Assembly (NCBI GenBank): GCA_021613535.1
Contig: CP075494.1
Span: forward strand, 8,060,001-8,124,000
Reading direction: 5' to 3'
Length of the DNA stretch: 64,000 bases
Source of the DNA: Adineta vaga
Taxonomy: Eukaryota > Animalia > Rotifera
Below, piece by piece: positions 1 through 14,021 of the stretch (position 1 is its first letter; every line of letters starts with the position of its first letter). Both the position numbers and the translations under genes were made by a program. The notes beneath the pieces are model-generated. The model was given only the letters and a program-made list of their open reading frames with translations. It did not search any database and was not told where the DNA came from.

Positions 1-437
1 ACGTGTTGTATCCAATGATTATTGTGTTTGATTCAAACATATGTTAAGACCAAATGCACTGTAGGTTATATGTTGAGATATTGGGAAATGATTTTATCGA
101 AAAGTAGGGGACAATTCTCAGAGTATTCTGCTCTTGGCTAAAAATTTGTTTCAGTCGAAACTTTTCATTTATTTCAACTTTATACTAATTAGATTGCATG
201 CACTAAAAATAAAATCATTTTCAGTCTTTATCTACTACATATCTTCTATCTAAATGCGAAACTATTTTACAATGTATCAACATATAACTTATAATATATT
301 TCGTCTTTGAATTGATATGCATATAAAATACGCAAGAATTCAGATTTATGAGAAAGTTTTGGAGGATCAGTAAAGTGAAACACCTTTACTTATGTATATT
401 AATTATATGCAATATGACGATATTTTAGATTTCTCGA

Positions 438-948
438 ATGGCTGGTTTGTACACGCATGATGCAATCTACATTGGTGAAAACAAGGTACGTTTCTTTAAT
501 TTATGTACAAGCTGATTGCCACTGAAATATTAATTGTAAATTTGAATATTTTTAGGTTATTCATGTATTTGGTGATAATAAACAAAATTCGGCTGTGCGT
601 GAAGATGATTGGAGTACATTTATTGGAGATCCAAACTCATGGTGGGGTACTGTATCAATTGTGATATACAGATTGCGCATACGATCACGTGACGAGATCG
701 TAGCTGCAGCGAGGAGTTATCTTGGAATTAATCATTTGCAGGGTCAATATGATTTTCTTACACAAAATTGCCAACATTTTTCCTCATATTGCTCTACCGG
801 AACTGAAATATCCCATGGTGCTAGTTCAGCAGGAGACAGTGCCTACCAAGTGATTTATGGAGTGGCTTCTGGATTTGGTGGTAACGGTCCTCGACCTGGT
901 AGAGCTTTTGGCCAAAAATTTGATTCTCCATTGGACTATGAACCGTGA
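438..948 (+). CDS. LRAT/NlpC-P60-like (H-box/NC domain) protein, 2 visible exons (intron 486-555); may have a further upstream exon
   Basis: Spliced reading gives MAGLYTHDAIYIGENK|VIHVFG...YDFLTQNCQHFSSYC. The H-x-A-I-Y-I-G, VIH and NC-x-HF motifs are typical of the LRAT/HRASLS family. Confidence 0.8.
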
Positions 949-2279
949 TAGTAGGAGTATATTAATGTCCAGAAATGTTACCCAACAGCGATCATTTTCT
1001 TTAATTAACTTCTATTGACATCACACTCTCTTTTTTCGTATCATTCTTAGTAGTTCTCTGGTTATTATTTTCATTATCGTTTAGTTCTCTTTTTTTGGCT
1101 CTCTTTTATATGCTAAGTAACTTTTAATAAAACTAAATAGAAAAATTGAAGCTGACGTTGAGAATAGCTACCGTGATCCAGATTTCACTCCAGCTACGGA
1201 GACCGACCGACGGAAAAGAAATCCAGATGAATATGACTAAGTCAATTCACAGGACCAACTAAAAACTATTAGATATCTTGATGGACAAGGCTACCTAATG
1301 ATAAGTTCGGGACACAATGGTGAGAATAGCTATTTTGAGGGTGAGAAAAATAGACCGTTCCACGACAAACTGATGTTTCTGTTTTGCGAGGACTCTATCA
1401 GGTGGATTTAAAGATATTATATCGAATAGTAATTCAAGATACATTGAAATTACTATATTTGGTACAATAATCAATATTACTGCTGCGCAAATAATTGTCA
1501 AATAGAATGAAGCATAACTATATATAATAAATATAACTATACATGTCCATGTCTATTTAATGAAAATTAATGTTTAAGTTAATATAGATGGATAGACCGT
1601 TATTTGTGTCATATGTGAGGTTTGGTCGTCTAGAAATTGTTTTGTGTTATTGTTTGTGATGTTCTGCTTTCATTATTTGAATAGTAATTTTATCTAAAAA
1701 GTGAATAAACTCATTTTAAGTATCCTGAAGATTTGAAAGATATCGGTTTTTGAGCTGACAATTAATTTGATAGAAAACGATCGTCATGCATTTGCTTGTA
1801 TTGTTCTTCAATAGCATACTTTTCGAATTGATTCTGTTGCCATTGTTGTAGTTTAGTTGTATCTGTTCGGCATTGTATCGCTATTGTAGTTCCTCCGTTT
1901 CCAGGTTTTCAATTGCATTAATTTGATCGATTTGTTCTATTTCATTTTGTATTAATGTTAAGTGTTCAAGAACAGCAAATGCTTTGATGGGGGTGGGGTG
2001 AGTTATACAATGATCTACCACAACCGGTTTCGTTCTGTTTCTAAAGATTTATCAGGTGGTTTAATTAATCTGTGTATAGTTATTCAAAAGAAAATCAAAA
2101 GTTAGAAGAAATCATTAAAAGCTCTTTTTATTTCTGCATCTTAAATCAAATTTTCACCTATATTTAATGAAATCGTGAATTCAAAGAATTAGTTTCAAAA
2201 ATTACGATTTTCAATAAGTAGAAAAGAAGTAAATATTTTTTAAATCATATGCAGAGTTTAACAAATGAAATATCGGAAT

Positions 2280-2990
2280 CCAGATCTCCACTGAAGTCTA
2301 GAGTCGCATCAGATAGTAAGAGAATAATCTGCATTCGAAATCAGCATCCAAAACTGCACTAGAAAGTATTAAATTCCAAGAAAAAAAACAATTTTACCAA
2401 AACTACCTGAGGTCTCCCACAGGTCTAATATTTCGAAAACTGAGCCCGCGGTCCCCCAGGGTACTTTCAGTAAAAAACATTTTCTAGGAATGTAATATTT
2501 TCTAGTGTAGTTTTGGATGTTGATTCCGAAAATCAAACTCGTTTTGCTATGTGTTTGCTGCCGGGGAATGAAAACCATTGAAAATGTGTGATTTCTGTTG
2601 AAAAATGGCCAAAAACTACCAAATACAAAGCAATATTAGTCATTTTTCACGCCAAGCGGAAACGTTTTTTTAACTTTTTTTACCATACTGTAGAAGAGAA
2701 CAAACTGTACAGCATCACAAATTCAGTCTGAGCCCGCAAGAAATGACTGAGTGCCAATAAAAATCGTCAATAATATTGCCTAGTTTTCGGCCATAATATG
2801 ATGAGTACTTTTGAGTGAAATTGAGCTAACTTTTGACCTGCTTATTCAAATTCACTAAAAATTTGGATTGAAGGGTTTCAAGTGATGCTGAGCTGATTCG
2901 AATGAGAGTGCAAAATCAAAAAAACAAAATTTTGACGAATGCTTCGTACATGAGTAGTATACTCGGTCCTGTCGTGGACCGTCTCTTAAG
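2280..2990. mobile_element. Possible non-autonomous transposon/repeat remnant
   Basis: Intergenic block visibly richer in G/C runs than its flanks, with no credible ORF, ending in ...GGACCGTCTCTTAAG. No matching TIR pair was found by eye. Confidence 0.2.
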
Positions 2991-3313
2991 CATTTTTAAG
3001 CTCCGTATAACCCTTTCTTTCAGAAAAGGGAACTTTCTCATGCTTACAAACTTTGCACATATTATTACTAACGCCATCTATAAAATAAGACATATTCATT
3101 GGTTATAAGATAAACTGTTACGAATGCTAAAAGAAATAACAATAAACAAGCTAGCGAACTAATTTCACCATTCCTACTAGTGATTCAATCACCACAATCA
3201 TCATCAATTAGATCCATCAACATTCATATTGTATTAACAGATTAGTTTTCTTCTATCTTTTGATTCTTATTTCTAACCATTATATTTTGAAAAAATACAC
3301 ACATTACTTTACA

Positions 3314-4541
3314 ATGTCACCACCAGCGACAACGGTATCACGAAAACGAACACGCTCAACAAATATTTCCGAAAATAATAATAATCATGAACCATCAACG
3401 TCGACTGTTGTTTCATCTCTCCCCACTAATCCAGCTCCTCGTAAACGTAAACGTAATAATCCATCAACTACCGATTCACAACCAAACTATTCACTTCGAA
3501 ATCGTTCAACAACACCTGAATCACAACGTTACAATTTACGACCTCGATGTCCACCAATACAAATTCACCTGCCTCAAGTTTCTACTTCACATCTGACTAC
3601 AATACCACCTCGTACTCGACGTCAAACACCAACAACAATAACTACTCCAAGTAGTACTACACAACATGATTTACCATCTTCATCTACTGTGCAACCACGT
3701 CAATATCGTCTTGTTTATATTTCTGATGATGATGATAATAATCAACCAACAACAACATCATCATCATCAACAACAATTGTTAATTTAGCGACTGATAATG
3801 AACCAATTCCAGCTCGTCGTACAGCAAGATCAACAACTAGTATTGTTCATCATACACGGTAAATAAAAACATTTAAATTCTATGGATAAAAATTATTGTC
3901 TTTCTTACTTTTTCTAGTTCACGCACAGCTACTGATCTAACAAATACAACTCGAACACATAATCAAGAGTTTTCGACAGAAAGCTCCGGTCCTGTTCATA
4001 TCGATCGTGCTATTGAAATTGTTATCGATTCGATTCAATCTCTCGAAGGTGCTGTAAATAATTTCGATCAACTCGTCTTTAGTCTTATCTACGGCCGATT
4101 GAATGCACGAACAGAATATGATGGAATGGAGGTACGTCAAAAGAAAAACTTCTTCATTTTCTCAATAAAATATTCTCTTATATTGTTTTTTTTTCAAAGG
4201 GTATGATTCGATTATCTCGTATATTGAATATAAATTTCCCATCACGCTTAACGCAAGATGAAATCGATGCTTTACCAAAAATTAAATTTCTCAATAAATC
4301 AGATGCACCATCACTTCTTTTAGCTGAAAAATGCCCAATTTGTTTAACAGAGTTTACCGATCAAGAAACTATCAATCAACTACATTGTACACATTTATTT
4401 CATCTTCAATGTATATCAACATGGCTTAGTGTAAGTTATACTTCTCGAAGAAAGTTGTTCATTTAATTCAAAAGAAAAACAAAACTCTTCTAGGAAAACG
4501 ATTCATGTCCAACATGTCGACGAAAAGTGAATGGAGATTAG
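3314..4541 (+). CDS. RING-H2 E3 ubiquitin ligase with S/T/R-rich disordered N-terminus (4 exons)
   Basis: CPICLTEF...LHCTHLFHLQCISTWLS|ENDSCPTCRRKV across intron 4431-4493 completes a C3H2C3 RING. NLS-like RKRKR and SIM-like LVYISDDDD and IVNLATD are present. Confidence 0.85.
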
Positions 4542-5121
4542 AAGACAATGTTTATTGTTTATGTGCTATATAAAAACAAAAATCAATTGGAAAAACTCGC
4601 CACAATCTCAAGCCCGGTGACAGTGTTTTTTTTTGTTTCTTTCTCTCTCGCTCAATGTTAAACTTTGTGTAAATGTGTTGAACGAGTGAATCTTTCTAGG
4701 TATTCATTACTTGTTCTTCTTCTTCTTCTTATCTCTGTAAAAAAAACCTAATGGCGTGATATCTATACTTATACTTTTCTGTTTTCTTCGTTTTCTTTTG
4801 TTCTTTTTGATGTTGATTATTTAGTAGAATGTTCGCGTGTATGTGTGTATGAAAAGCAACAACTGTAAACATATCTATGAATAAAGCGATAAAGCAACGC
4901 ATAAATCAATGCAGATCTTATTTATGAGTTGGATTATATTTGAAAAAGACATCAACTTTAATCTAAGTTCGAGTATATTGACAGAAGATTTAAGAAGGTA
5001 CGAAATCGTTTTTTTCTCTCTATTTTCTTATCTTGCTCAAACAGTATCTTATTTTGACAATTTATTCGCAACTGAAAAAAACATTAAACCAGTACGAAAG
5101 AAGAACGAAAGGTAGACAGCA

Positions 5122-6869
5122 ATGGTCTTTACACAAAAACAATGGATTATTGTTGGAAGTGTTGCAACGCTCTTAGTAGTTGGTACTGTAGTCGGTGTGA
5201 CCTTAGGAGTTGTTCTTGGACGAAGAAAATCAAATGAACCTGCAATTGAGCAACGAGTAAATGATATTTTAGCACAGAATCCATTGATTGATGGGTAAGA
5301 TATGATATAATACCTCGAAATGGAAACAATCTTACAAGATAGACGATTGCAAGACATTTATAATAATTATCAATTAATACAAACGATAATGACAAAGATA
5401 ATCTGAATAAATATTACTGATTTACATTCGTTTTAGTCACAATGATTGGGCTTGGATTCTTCGCAAATATTTTCGAAATAATTTAACTGATCTTGATCTA
5501 TATGATCTGACTAAATACCGTTTAAAAATTACTACACCGATACATACAGATATTAATCGATTGCGAAAAGGTCAAGTCGGTGGACAAGTTTGTAGTATGA
5601 TTTATTTCTATTTTTGATCTAATATATTTTACATGAATAGTTTTGGTCAATCTATACACCATGTGAACATCAAGGAAGAGATGCAACTGTCAGTTTTATG
5701 GAACAAATTGATCTAATGAATCGAGTCATAGCCAAAGAACCGGAAGTATTTCAATTGACAAGAACAGCTGCCGAAGTTCGCGAAGCATTTCAATCGAAAC
5801 GTATTGCAAGTTTATTCGGTGTAGAAAGTGGACAAGCAATTGAAAGTACATTTTCAATTCTAAGACTTTTCTATCAACTTGGCGTACGATACATGACATT
5901 GACACATAATTGTAATACTCCATGGTATGTCTTCTACTTTCGTTTCCATATTTCTCAGTACATATATTGAAGGGCTGATCAAAATCGTGTTGATCGACCA
6001 GGCTCTACATTAGTAAAGAATAATGGTTTAACAGAATTCGGAAAGAAAATTATTATAGAAATGAATCGTCTAGGAATGTTAGTTGATTTATCACATGTAT
6101 CGAAGAAAACCATGCTCGATGTTTTAAATGTCTCTCAATCACCTATCATATTCAGTCATTCATCAGCTTGGACATTATGTAATCATACACGAAATGTTCA
6201 AGATGATGTACTTCGCTTAGTCGTAAGTTTTTGATGTGCGCAAAAAGAACATCGGCTGTGAGGAATTTAATTTTCTGTTTAGAAAGAAAATCGAGGTGTT
6301 GTTATGGTTGCATTCACACCTGGTTTCATTACATGCAATAGTCAAAATCGAGGAAATATTGCCGCTGTAGCTAGTAATGATAAATTCGTTTTTCATATAT
6401 TGTGACTTTATTCATATTTCAATTTAGCACATATAAATTATATTCGAAATATTGCTGGTATTGATAGTGTGGGTATTGGAGGTGATTATGATGGAATTGA
6501 TGAGTATATTGTTAATTCTTTCTTTTTCTTGATGTATTTTGGTCATATTTTTAGAACACCGGAAGGTCTAGAAGATGTATCAACTTATCCAAAACTAATC
6601 GAATATTTAGTTTCACAAGGCAATTGGACAGATGCAGATATCATCAAGCTCGCTGGTGGGAATATTTTACGAGTTTTAGAAGAAAATGAAAAAGTAATTT
6701 GAAACAGCGATGTCATATTCTTAAGTAATATCTTTTGATTTAGATTGCACGGGATTTACAAAAGACAATGCAACCGTTAGAAGATATTATTCCGATTGAT
6801 GATCTAATAAAATATAATGTCACTTCATGTCGATATTTAGATATGTATCCAAATGCAACTGCGGCATAA
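5122..6869 (+). CDS. Membrane (renal-type) dipeptidase, peptidase M19, multi-exon
   Basis: PLIDG|[50 protein letters not shown] and GIGGDYDG motifs, with an N-terminal hydrophobic anchor. Confidence 0.92.
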
Positions 6870-7149
6870 TTGAGATATAAAAAAGAATGATTTTCTCTTC
6901 TTTTTCTTTTAATGAAAATAAACTATACAACTTCAGATAAGTTGAAAATGATAGACAACGAATGAGCTTGAAGATCTTTTTAGTTTTCCTAAGATAAACA
7001 TTTGTTTATTCTCCATATAAGACCAAATCATATCAAATTTGCATCGATATAACTGGATCAAAAATGTCTTATACAAGTAGTTATGATTTAATCCAAAGAA
7101 ACTATCAAGAATAATAACAAACAGAATATGTCAATATACAATCAATTGT

Positions 7150-8215
7150 CTATTCTTGATCATCATCTTTTTCCTAAATCAAAACAAAATATTTAGTTTC
7201 TCCTCTTTCTTAATTAATGAATCTTACTTCGAGATCATCTTCTTCATCATTTTCTCCACCACTACCTTCTTCTTCATCATTTGTTGTTGCAGCCAAATAA
7301 TATTGTAAAGGATTAACAAATATATCATCTTTAATTATTTCACCGAATTCTTCATTTGAACCTTCACCATTTGTATCTGTAAACCACGACATAAATGCTC
7401 CATGATCATTATTATTTTCTGTATCATGAGCACGTTTTCGTGTTTCACCGTCACTCTTTTTACCACTACTACTTGCTGATTGACCATTTTTAGATTCCTA
7501 TTAAAGAAAATTTTCATGAAAATTCGAAAGAGAAGAAAAACAAAGGGATTCAACAAACATTTTTCCATCGAATTGTTGTTGATTTACATGTTGTTTCACT
7601 TGATTCACTGACACTTATTTCTTTGACAATAACATCATTATCAAAATATGGATTGCTCTCAAATGTCTAAAACAATCGAGCATCTCAAATAAATCAATCA
7701 AGTGACTAAACTTACAAATTTAATTCGATAACCTGATTTGATATCATCATGCTAAAATATTCAATAGTTATTTGAATCATATAAGAAAAGAAAATTTACT
7801 TCTTCAACATCAACACGTTTGAGATATTGTAAAATATTTTCATCATTTTGATCTAAATGACCGGATAATTGTGGATGATTGAGAAATACACTGATCCAAA
7901 ATGATGGAATTTTACTAATTAAATCCGAACCTGGAAAGAGAAAATCGCTTCTTTAAATACAAGACGAATGAAACTATTAACAAACGTTTTTTATAATTTG
8001 GTTGTCGAAGTTTATTAAATTTCTGTTCAACTTGAAGAATTTCTTCACTGGCTTGTTCGTTAAGACGATCAATTTCATTTTGAACATCACCAATAACTTC
8101 AAATGCTTTTTGCATTTCAGCTTCTAGAATAAAGAACGAACTTTTCGATAAGATTAATCTTGAAAAGTAAACAATTACCATCAAGTTTGATTTGTTTCGT
8201 ATTTGGTGCTGACAT
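7150..8215 (-). CDS. SET: SET/TAF-I nucleosome assembly protein (NAP family), multi-exon
   Basis: [54 protein letters not shown] and [17 protein letters not shown] motifs, with an acidic tail. Confidence 0.92.
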
Positions 8216-9876
8216 TATGTAAGATTTTTACGTTAAGATGATAATAATATGAAAATGAAAAGTGATAAACAAAGACAAGCAAGCAAGTAACAACTACTTA
8301 ATCTTTTATTCGTATTGTGTAATCAATCGACCAATGATAATGTTAATGGAATGACATTTAATACTTTCCTCTCTTGCGTTATTTTGAGAGTCATGACAGG
8401 TTTGATGATAGCGACATCAGGTGACCGAAAACATGTTATCCAAAGATTGAAACAAAATTTCAATCTAAACTAAGCAAATATCTTGTGGATGATAGGTGAT
8501 AGCATTACGTCATCAACAAACTATTGATTATTACTGACAGTTACTCTTTATGAAATAATCTATAATCAATCGTATACAAAGCACAAAGTTTCAGAATTTC
8601 ATGAAATTTATATCTATAGATTCAGCATACGAAAGAATGAGTCCCGTTCATTCTTTATATAGACTTTTTTTTATGATAGAAAGATGAAAATATCGTCTTT
8701 CTTTCGATTAGTCTATCATAAAATTATAGAGTATTCTGTCATGATTTGTGTCAATTCTCTTTTTCAAGACACTGTTGCTTTTTCACTCATTCATCATCAA
8801 ACGACAAGTTCACGAGATGAATGTCCTTGTAATACACAACATAGTCATATGAGAGATTGAAAGTTACTTTCAAATCTATCGTGTTGCGAGTAAGTAAGAA
8901 TCGTTTGAGCGATTCGGAAGTAATCAGTTAAACGGTGTTATTAAAAAGGTTCTGAAGGACTTTGCTAAGGTTCCCATTAAACTGATTTCTTTTAATAAGA
9001 AAAATCGATATATTAGCAATATATTATTGTTTATTCTCTGAGGGCATGTTCGATGTCTAACTTTGATAATCAGTCTTATTATTGTTTTCGATAAAACGAG
9101 GGAAAAAGAGTGACATTTTTATTATCGATCATTGTTCACATGCGATTTCCGATGGTAAATATTATAATGTAAAGAGTGAATGTTTTACTTATTACCTCGA
9201 TGGAAGATTTATTTATTATTCACTACACCTACGGCGAGACCGGAAATTACTTATACAATAGAAACGAAAAACGAATCGCGGAAGAATTTAAATCTCTTCT
9301 CTTCTTTTTTCTTAACGATCGAATAAATTATTCGAATAACATTTACATAAAAATGATCCAGTATAAAACAAAATTTTGTTTATCGTTCAAATATACCCAT
9401 CTAGTTTGTCCTTTTCTTTTTCAAAGCAAATAATTGTCTTTGCGTCCTTCAACAATCGCTTGTACGGTCTTCATGCATACATTTATTAGCTTGATGTTTT
9501 TCTCCTTCTCCGATATGACTGACATCCGACGCCGGATTTATACCAAATAATACAAAAAGGAAATATTTCATATAGAAAACAATTATTTCATGACAAAGAA
9601 CAATTTGATCATTGTAATGTAGAGCCATTTCACATGGTTAAACAATCATTTTTTAGAATGAATGAAAAAAAAAAGGTCACCCATTCTCTTTTCTTATTAA
9701 GACAAAGATTGTCATTCTACTCGTTCGAAAGTAAAAGAAGAAAAATTTTCTTTTTTTTTTCTCTTTCTTTCTCTCTCTCTCTAAACGTCCACCTATCTAT
9801 CATAGTGTTCATTCTCCCGATTACAATCGACCACCGGTACCGTCATTACCTTTTTCTCCTTTAAGTTCAACTGAAT

Positions 9877-9914
<38 letters not shown>
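9877..9914. repeat. Compound microsatellite (AC)n(AT)n
   Basis: acacacacacac followed by an atatat run. Confidence 0.85.
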
Positions 9915-9915
<1 letters not shown>

Positions 9916-10008
9916 CCAGCCAACATTTGTCTCGTCGATAGTACTCTTGATTCTTTCTTTCTTTCTTTCAATGTTGGACAGTGATTGAATTACAACGTAT
10001 TATTCTAG

Positions 10009-10501
10009 ATGACATCATCATCTTTACGTCCATCGTATAAAGAAGCACAAGAACGGCTTTTAAAATGGTGTCAAAATGTCACTAGGAATTATGAAGTAGA
10101 TTACATTCATTTACTTAACTTTATGCATTTCTTTTTCTTTCATTTATTTCAAGTCAGTGAAAATACGTAATTTTACAACGGATTTTGCTGATGGTTTAGC
10201 TTTTTGTGCGATTGTTCATCATTATTTTCCGAATGCATTTGATTTTAATACATTAAATCGTGATGATAAACAAACAAATTTCGATTTAGCTTTTCGTATT
10301 GCTGAGTAAGTTGAGATTTTCGAAGGAAATCTAATCTACATATTTATTATACAATCTAGAGAAAAAGCACAAATTCATCCTTTACTCGATAGTGATGATC
10401 TCATTCATGGTCATTTGGATAAAAAATGTGTCTTTACTTATTTACTTACTCTTCATCACGGATTAAAAAATCATGATACAAATAAACATCTACGAAATTA
10501 G
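10009..10501 (+). CDS. Small stand-alone calponin-homology (type 2, smoothelin/MICAL-like) domain protein, 3 exons
   Basis: Not in the ORF track. Spliced translation is MTSSSLRPSYKEAQERLLKWCQNVTRNYE|SVKIRNFTTDFADGLAFCAIVHHYFPNAFDF...NFDLAFRIAE|EKAQIHPLLD...DKKCVFTYL. Confidence 0.88.
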
Positions 10502-10595
10502 AAGAATAAGAAGAAGGAAAAAAAACGAAAAAAAAAGCTTATTTTCATTATTGTTTCGTCCTGTCTCTTTTTTTTAATGTTTCAAATGAAATCTA

Positions 10596-11072
10596 TTATA
10601 TATAATAAGAAGAATAAATTTTCCATAGAGAATAAAATAATAAGAAAATAATACTCGACATTCTTAATGAATATCTATTGGCTGTATTACATAGATCTGT
10701 TCGACAACAATAAACTGCATTATTCAGAACATTAACTGGATTACATGTTGATACAGAATCCTTGACAACTAAAGTACCAGTTACTGTTTTCTATGAAAAT
10801 GAAAAGAATAAGTTTGAAGGTTGCGTTTTTCTTTTCCAATAGGACATGATTAACTTACACGACAATAATCATTGACAGTTGAAGTTTGAATGAGACTAGC
10901 AACGCCTGGATTCCATGTTGTTCCACATGGATTACATGAATAGCATGAGGATGCAGCATAAATCACTGAAAATAAATAAAATAATTAAAAAATAATTTCG
11001 ACAAAAAAAGCTATTCCTACTATCGAAAGTCGAGATTAATATGAATATGATGATAGGTAATATTGTCATCAT
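10596..11072 (-). CDS. Ly6/uPAR (three-finger, quiver/sleepless-like) putatively GPI-anchored protein, 3 exons
   Basis: Not in the ORF track. Signal peptide MMTILPIIIFILISTFD, then CYSCNPC...YCR|KT...STC...VYCCRTDLCN, then a hydrophobic C-terminal tail. CCxxDxCN is the family hallmark. Confidence 0.85.
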
Positions 11073-11912
11073 TGATGGATGAAAAACTGTACTGTAGTTT
11101 GATCCTTCTTTTTTGACACTTTTAAATATACTTCTATATTAGACAAATATTAAAAATGAAGTCAATAGTTCAACATAATTATCAAATAGAATAGAGAAAA
11201 TCAATATAACTAATAGCATTGTTTGACATAGAATAAGTAGTCTTAGAGCCAATGTCAATGATTCAAGGTTTTATTACATTCAATTCGTCGCTTTACAAAT
11301 TTAAATCGAACAGATTTTAATAGGAAACATTTTACATGGAAATTATGTTAGATGGAGTCAAGAATTGAATCAATTTCTTTTCAATGTTAGTTGGAGAATG
11401 ATTCTTCCTGGATGTTAGCTTTGTAAATAACTAGAAAAGCGATTTATAGAATGACTCCTTTGTTTATTACAGTATCTATTGTCTTCGATTGATGCAAATG
11501 ATTTATAGTCTCGTTTTCGAACCTTCTAGTTTTCTATACAGATGATTGAACAATAAATAAATCTATCTATCAAAAACACTCATTCCATTTTTCTGAAGTA
11601 GTTTGTAAATCTGCTTTCATCATTTCAGTATGAAATAGAACTTCCGGCTAAATTTTAAATTGCAATTCCGTTCTGACTTTTTCCGATCAAGAGAAGTAAG
11701 TTAATCTAATCAAATGTTTCATTTACGTTTACATAAATATCGATGTTTTTTTTTTCATTCTCTTCACCAGGACTTTAACTAATAATCACAGAAGTTAAAA
11801 ACAATAAAAAGAACACATCTTATTCGAAAGATAATAACAACAACAACAACAAAAACGAATGTCTAAAAATCTAAACAAAAACATTCAATCGAGCGTTTTC
11901 ATCTTCTCATTT

Positions 11913-12629
11913 CTATTTTTGTCCAGTTGAAAAGAGAAAAACGACGGCTGTTGAAAGGGCAACGGAAAATAAATAATTGACTGTTGGTGAAAAATTCTTG
12001 AAGACGAAAAATGATAAGACAATCAAGCAAACAAGATAGAAAGCATTGTTATAGAAGATGGAAAATGTTGTTGCTTCAAAGTCAGCGACTTCATTTTTGC
12101 GTGTCAAAACTCTATTGAATAGAAGAATATGTTATTCGAATTGAATGATAAAAATCGTTTCTTTGTCACATACCGATCATCTTTATCTTTCTTATTGGCA
12201 TTTTTATCATTGCTGAAGATTTTAGAAATTTCTCGAATGACAGCTTCTTCACGTTTTTGTGCGATCCTAAAAATCAATGAACAATTTAATCGTATAAATC
12301 AATAAGAAGAACAATGATTACTGACTTATGTTTTAAAATAAATTTCATATTTTGATAGGCTAAATTGAGAAAATAGGTGCTAGCAATGGTACCAAGAATG
12401 AAATGAATAAAATACGATGAAAAGTCCATTTGATGAATACGCCAGAAAAGCCCTAGAAAATATCTTTAGATTGAAAATTTCGTTCTAAAATTATTAACTT
12501 ACAAAGCGGAATAGCTGATACGACAGCAGCATTACCACTGAATAAAGCTCGTGATTTTGTTGTTGCATTACGGCTAAAATCTTGAAGAAGTAAATCTTCA
12601 TCACGAGATGTTGATCGTTGATTAGACAT
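11913..12629 (-). CDS. SSR3: Translocon-associated protein gamma (TRAP-gamma), 4 exons
   Basis: [20 protein letters not shown] and [23 protein letters not shown] match the conserved SSR3 sequence. Confidence 0.95.
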
Positions 12630-13075
12630 AATCTCTGTCGTTATTTTTCTTCTAAAAATTCGATCTATGAAAAGAGTGATAAATGAATAGAAACTGAAAC
12701 GAAATGATTTAAAGCAGTTGTGTATGTAGACAATTGGTAAAAAAATGATCCTGTACAACGTTGGAATCCAGATCTAGCCACGTCTTGCCATCAAAAAATC
12801 AATTAAACCTTCGATCGTTTTTCGATCGTTTTCAGATGATACAGAAAAAATAAAGAATAGTTTTATTCGAACTTTTTCTTTATCAAATTTTTTTATTGAG
12901 AAGTTATTTTCGATCGATAGATGGCATTATATAATAATGAAGATCATATAAGATAATAAAAAAACTTCATAATCGTTCTGTTCGTTCGTTCACATTCATT
13001 GATGAATAAAATATATATAGACGATGGTTATACATAAATACAATAAAAATCTCGAAAGAAACAAATGTACATAAT

Positions 13076-14021
13076 TTAAGTAGAAACAAAATGTTGACTT
13101 TTTTTAAATTCATTCAACCAAGTCTGATGGTATATTGGATGAAGCCAACGAAGAAATAATTGTTCATCCATTTGGATGTACCCAACGATTCTTTCTGATT
13201 TGATTTGTTGAATATTATTAAATAAAATACGATCCGTACGTTCAACTACATTCACATTTTTGTTCTTTTTACCCGTAACGTATAAACATAAATGTGCACC
13301 AAAATTATCAAATAAAGGATGAATTGTCGAAAGTTTCTTTCGAGCAGAAAAATAGAAATTTTCCATGAAACTATATAAAGTTTTTAATTCAATGTTTTTC
13401 TTCTTTGTAATTATACCAATTCGAGGCGAGCAAGCCAAAAAGACGAGAGTAAATTTCGATGTATTAAATTGACTTAGTGGTACATAATATGAAATAGGAT
13501 CATTAATACATCTATATGCCATTGATAAACATTTTATTTGATATTGATTATATTTTAATTTCGAAGAAATAAAATCATTTTCCATTTGAGTTAAATAATC
13601 GGTTGATGATGACCAGTAATTCGAACATTTTTCCGGTGTAACCTATAGTGGAATAGAGAGAAAATGTCAAAATTTAAGTCAATTATTATTGTATCTATTG
13701 TTACCGTACCATTTTTTTTACTTCTTGACGATAAGCTTTCTTTGGTACACATAAATGTGCATGAAAATGTTTGAAATTTTGTTGATACCAAAGACCACGA
13801 TGAAAGGAGAGAATAGCATTAGTATCGAAATCTGGTTTATCAGTAAGAAAATCAGTAACCATTTGCATCACTTCTTTTATTTCATTTTCAGTTGCTGTTA
13901 CTTTACGAAATTGTTTTTTATGAGTAATAATGAAATGTGGTCGTGGAGTATATAAATCGAACATGAGTTGTACTGATAGATTCGATTGATTAGCAAGAAT
14001 TTCAATAGTTTGATCGATCAT
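13076..14021 (-). CDS. HIT-like (histidine triad) protein of about 292 aa, 2 exons (intron 13643-13709)
   Basis: ORFs 13701-14021 and 13076-13585 join in frame through a 67-nt GT-AG intron. The N-half carries HFHAHLC (H-phi-H-phi-H-phi-phi). Confidence 0.65.

Noticed and set aside
1141-1240. Exon-like fragment KIEADVENSYRDPDFTPATETDRRKRNPDEYD*
   Set aside because: No partner exon or recognisable family, so it cannot be supported as a gene.
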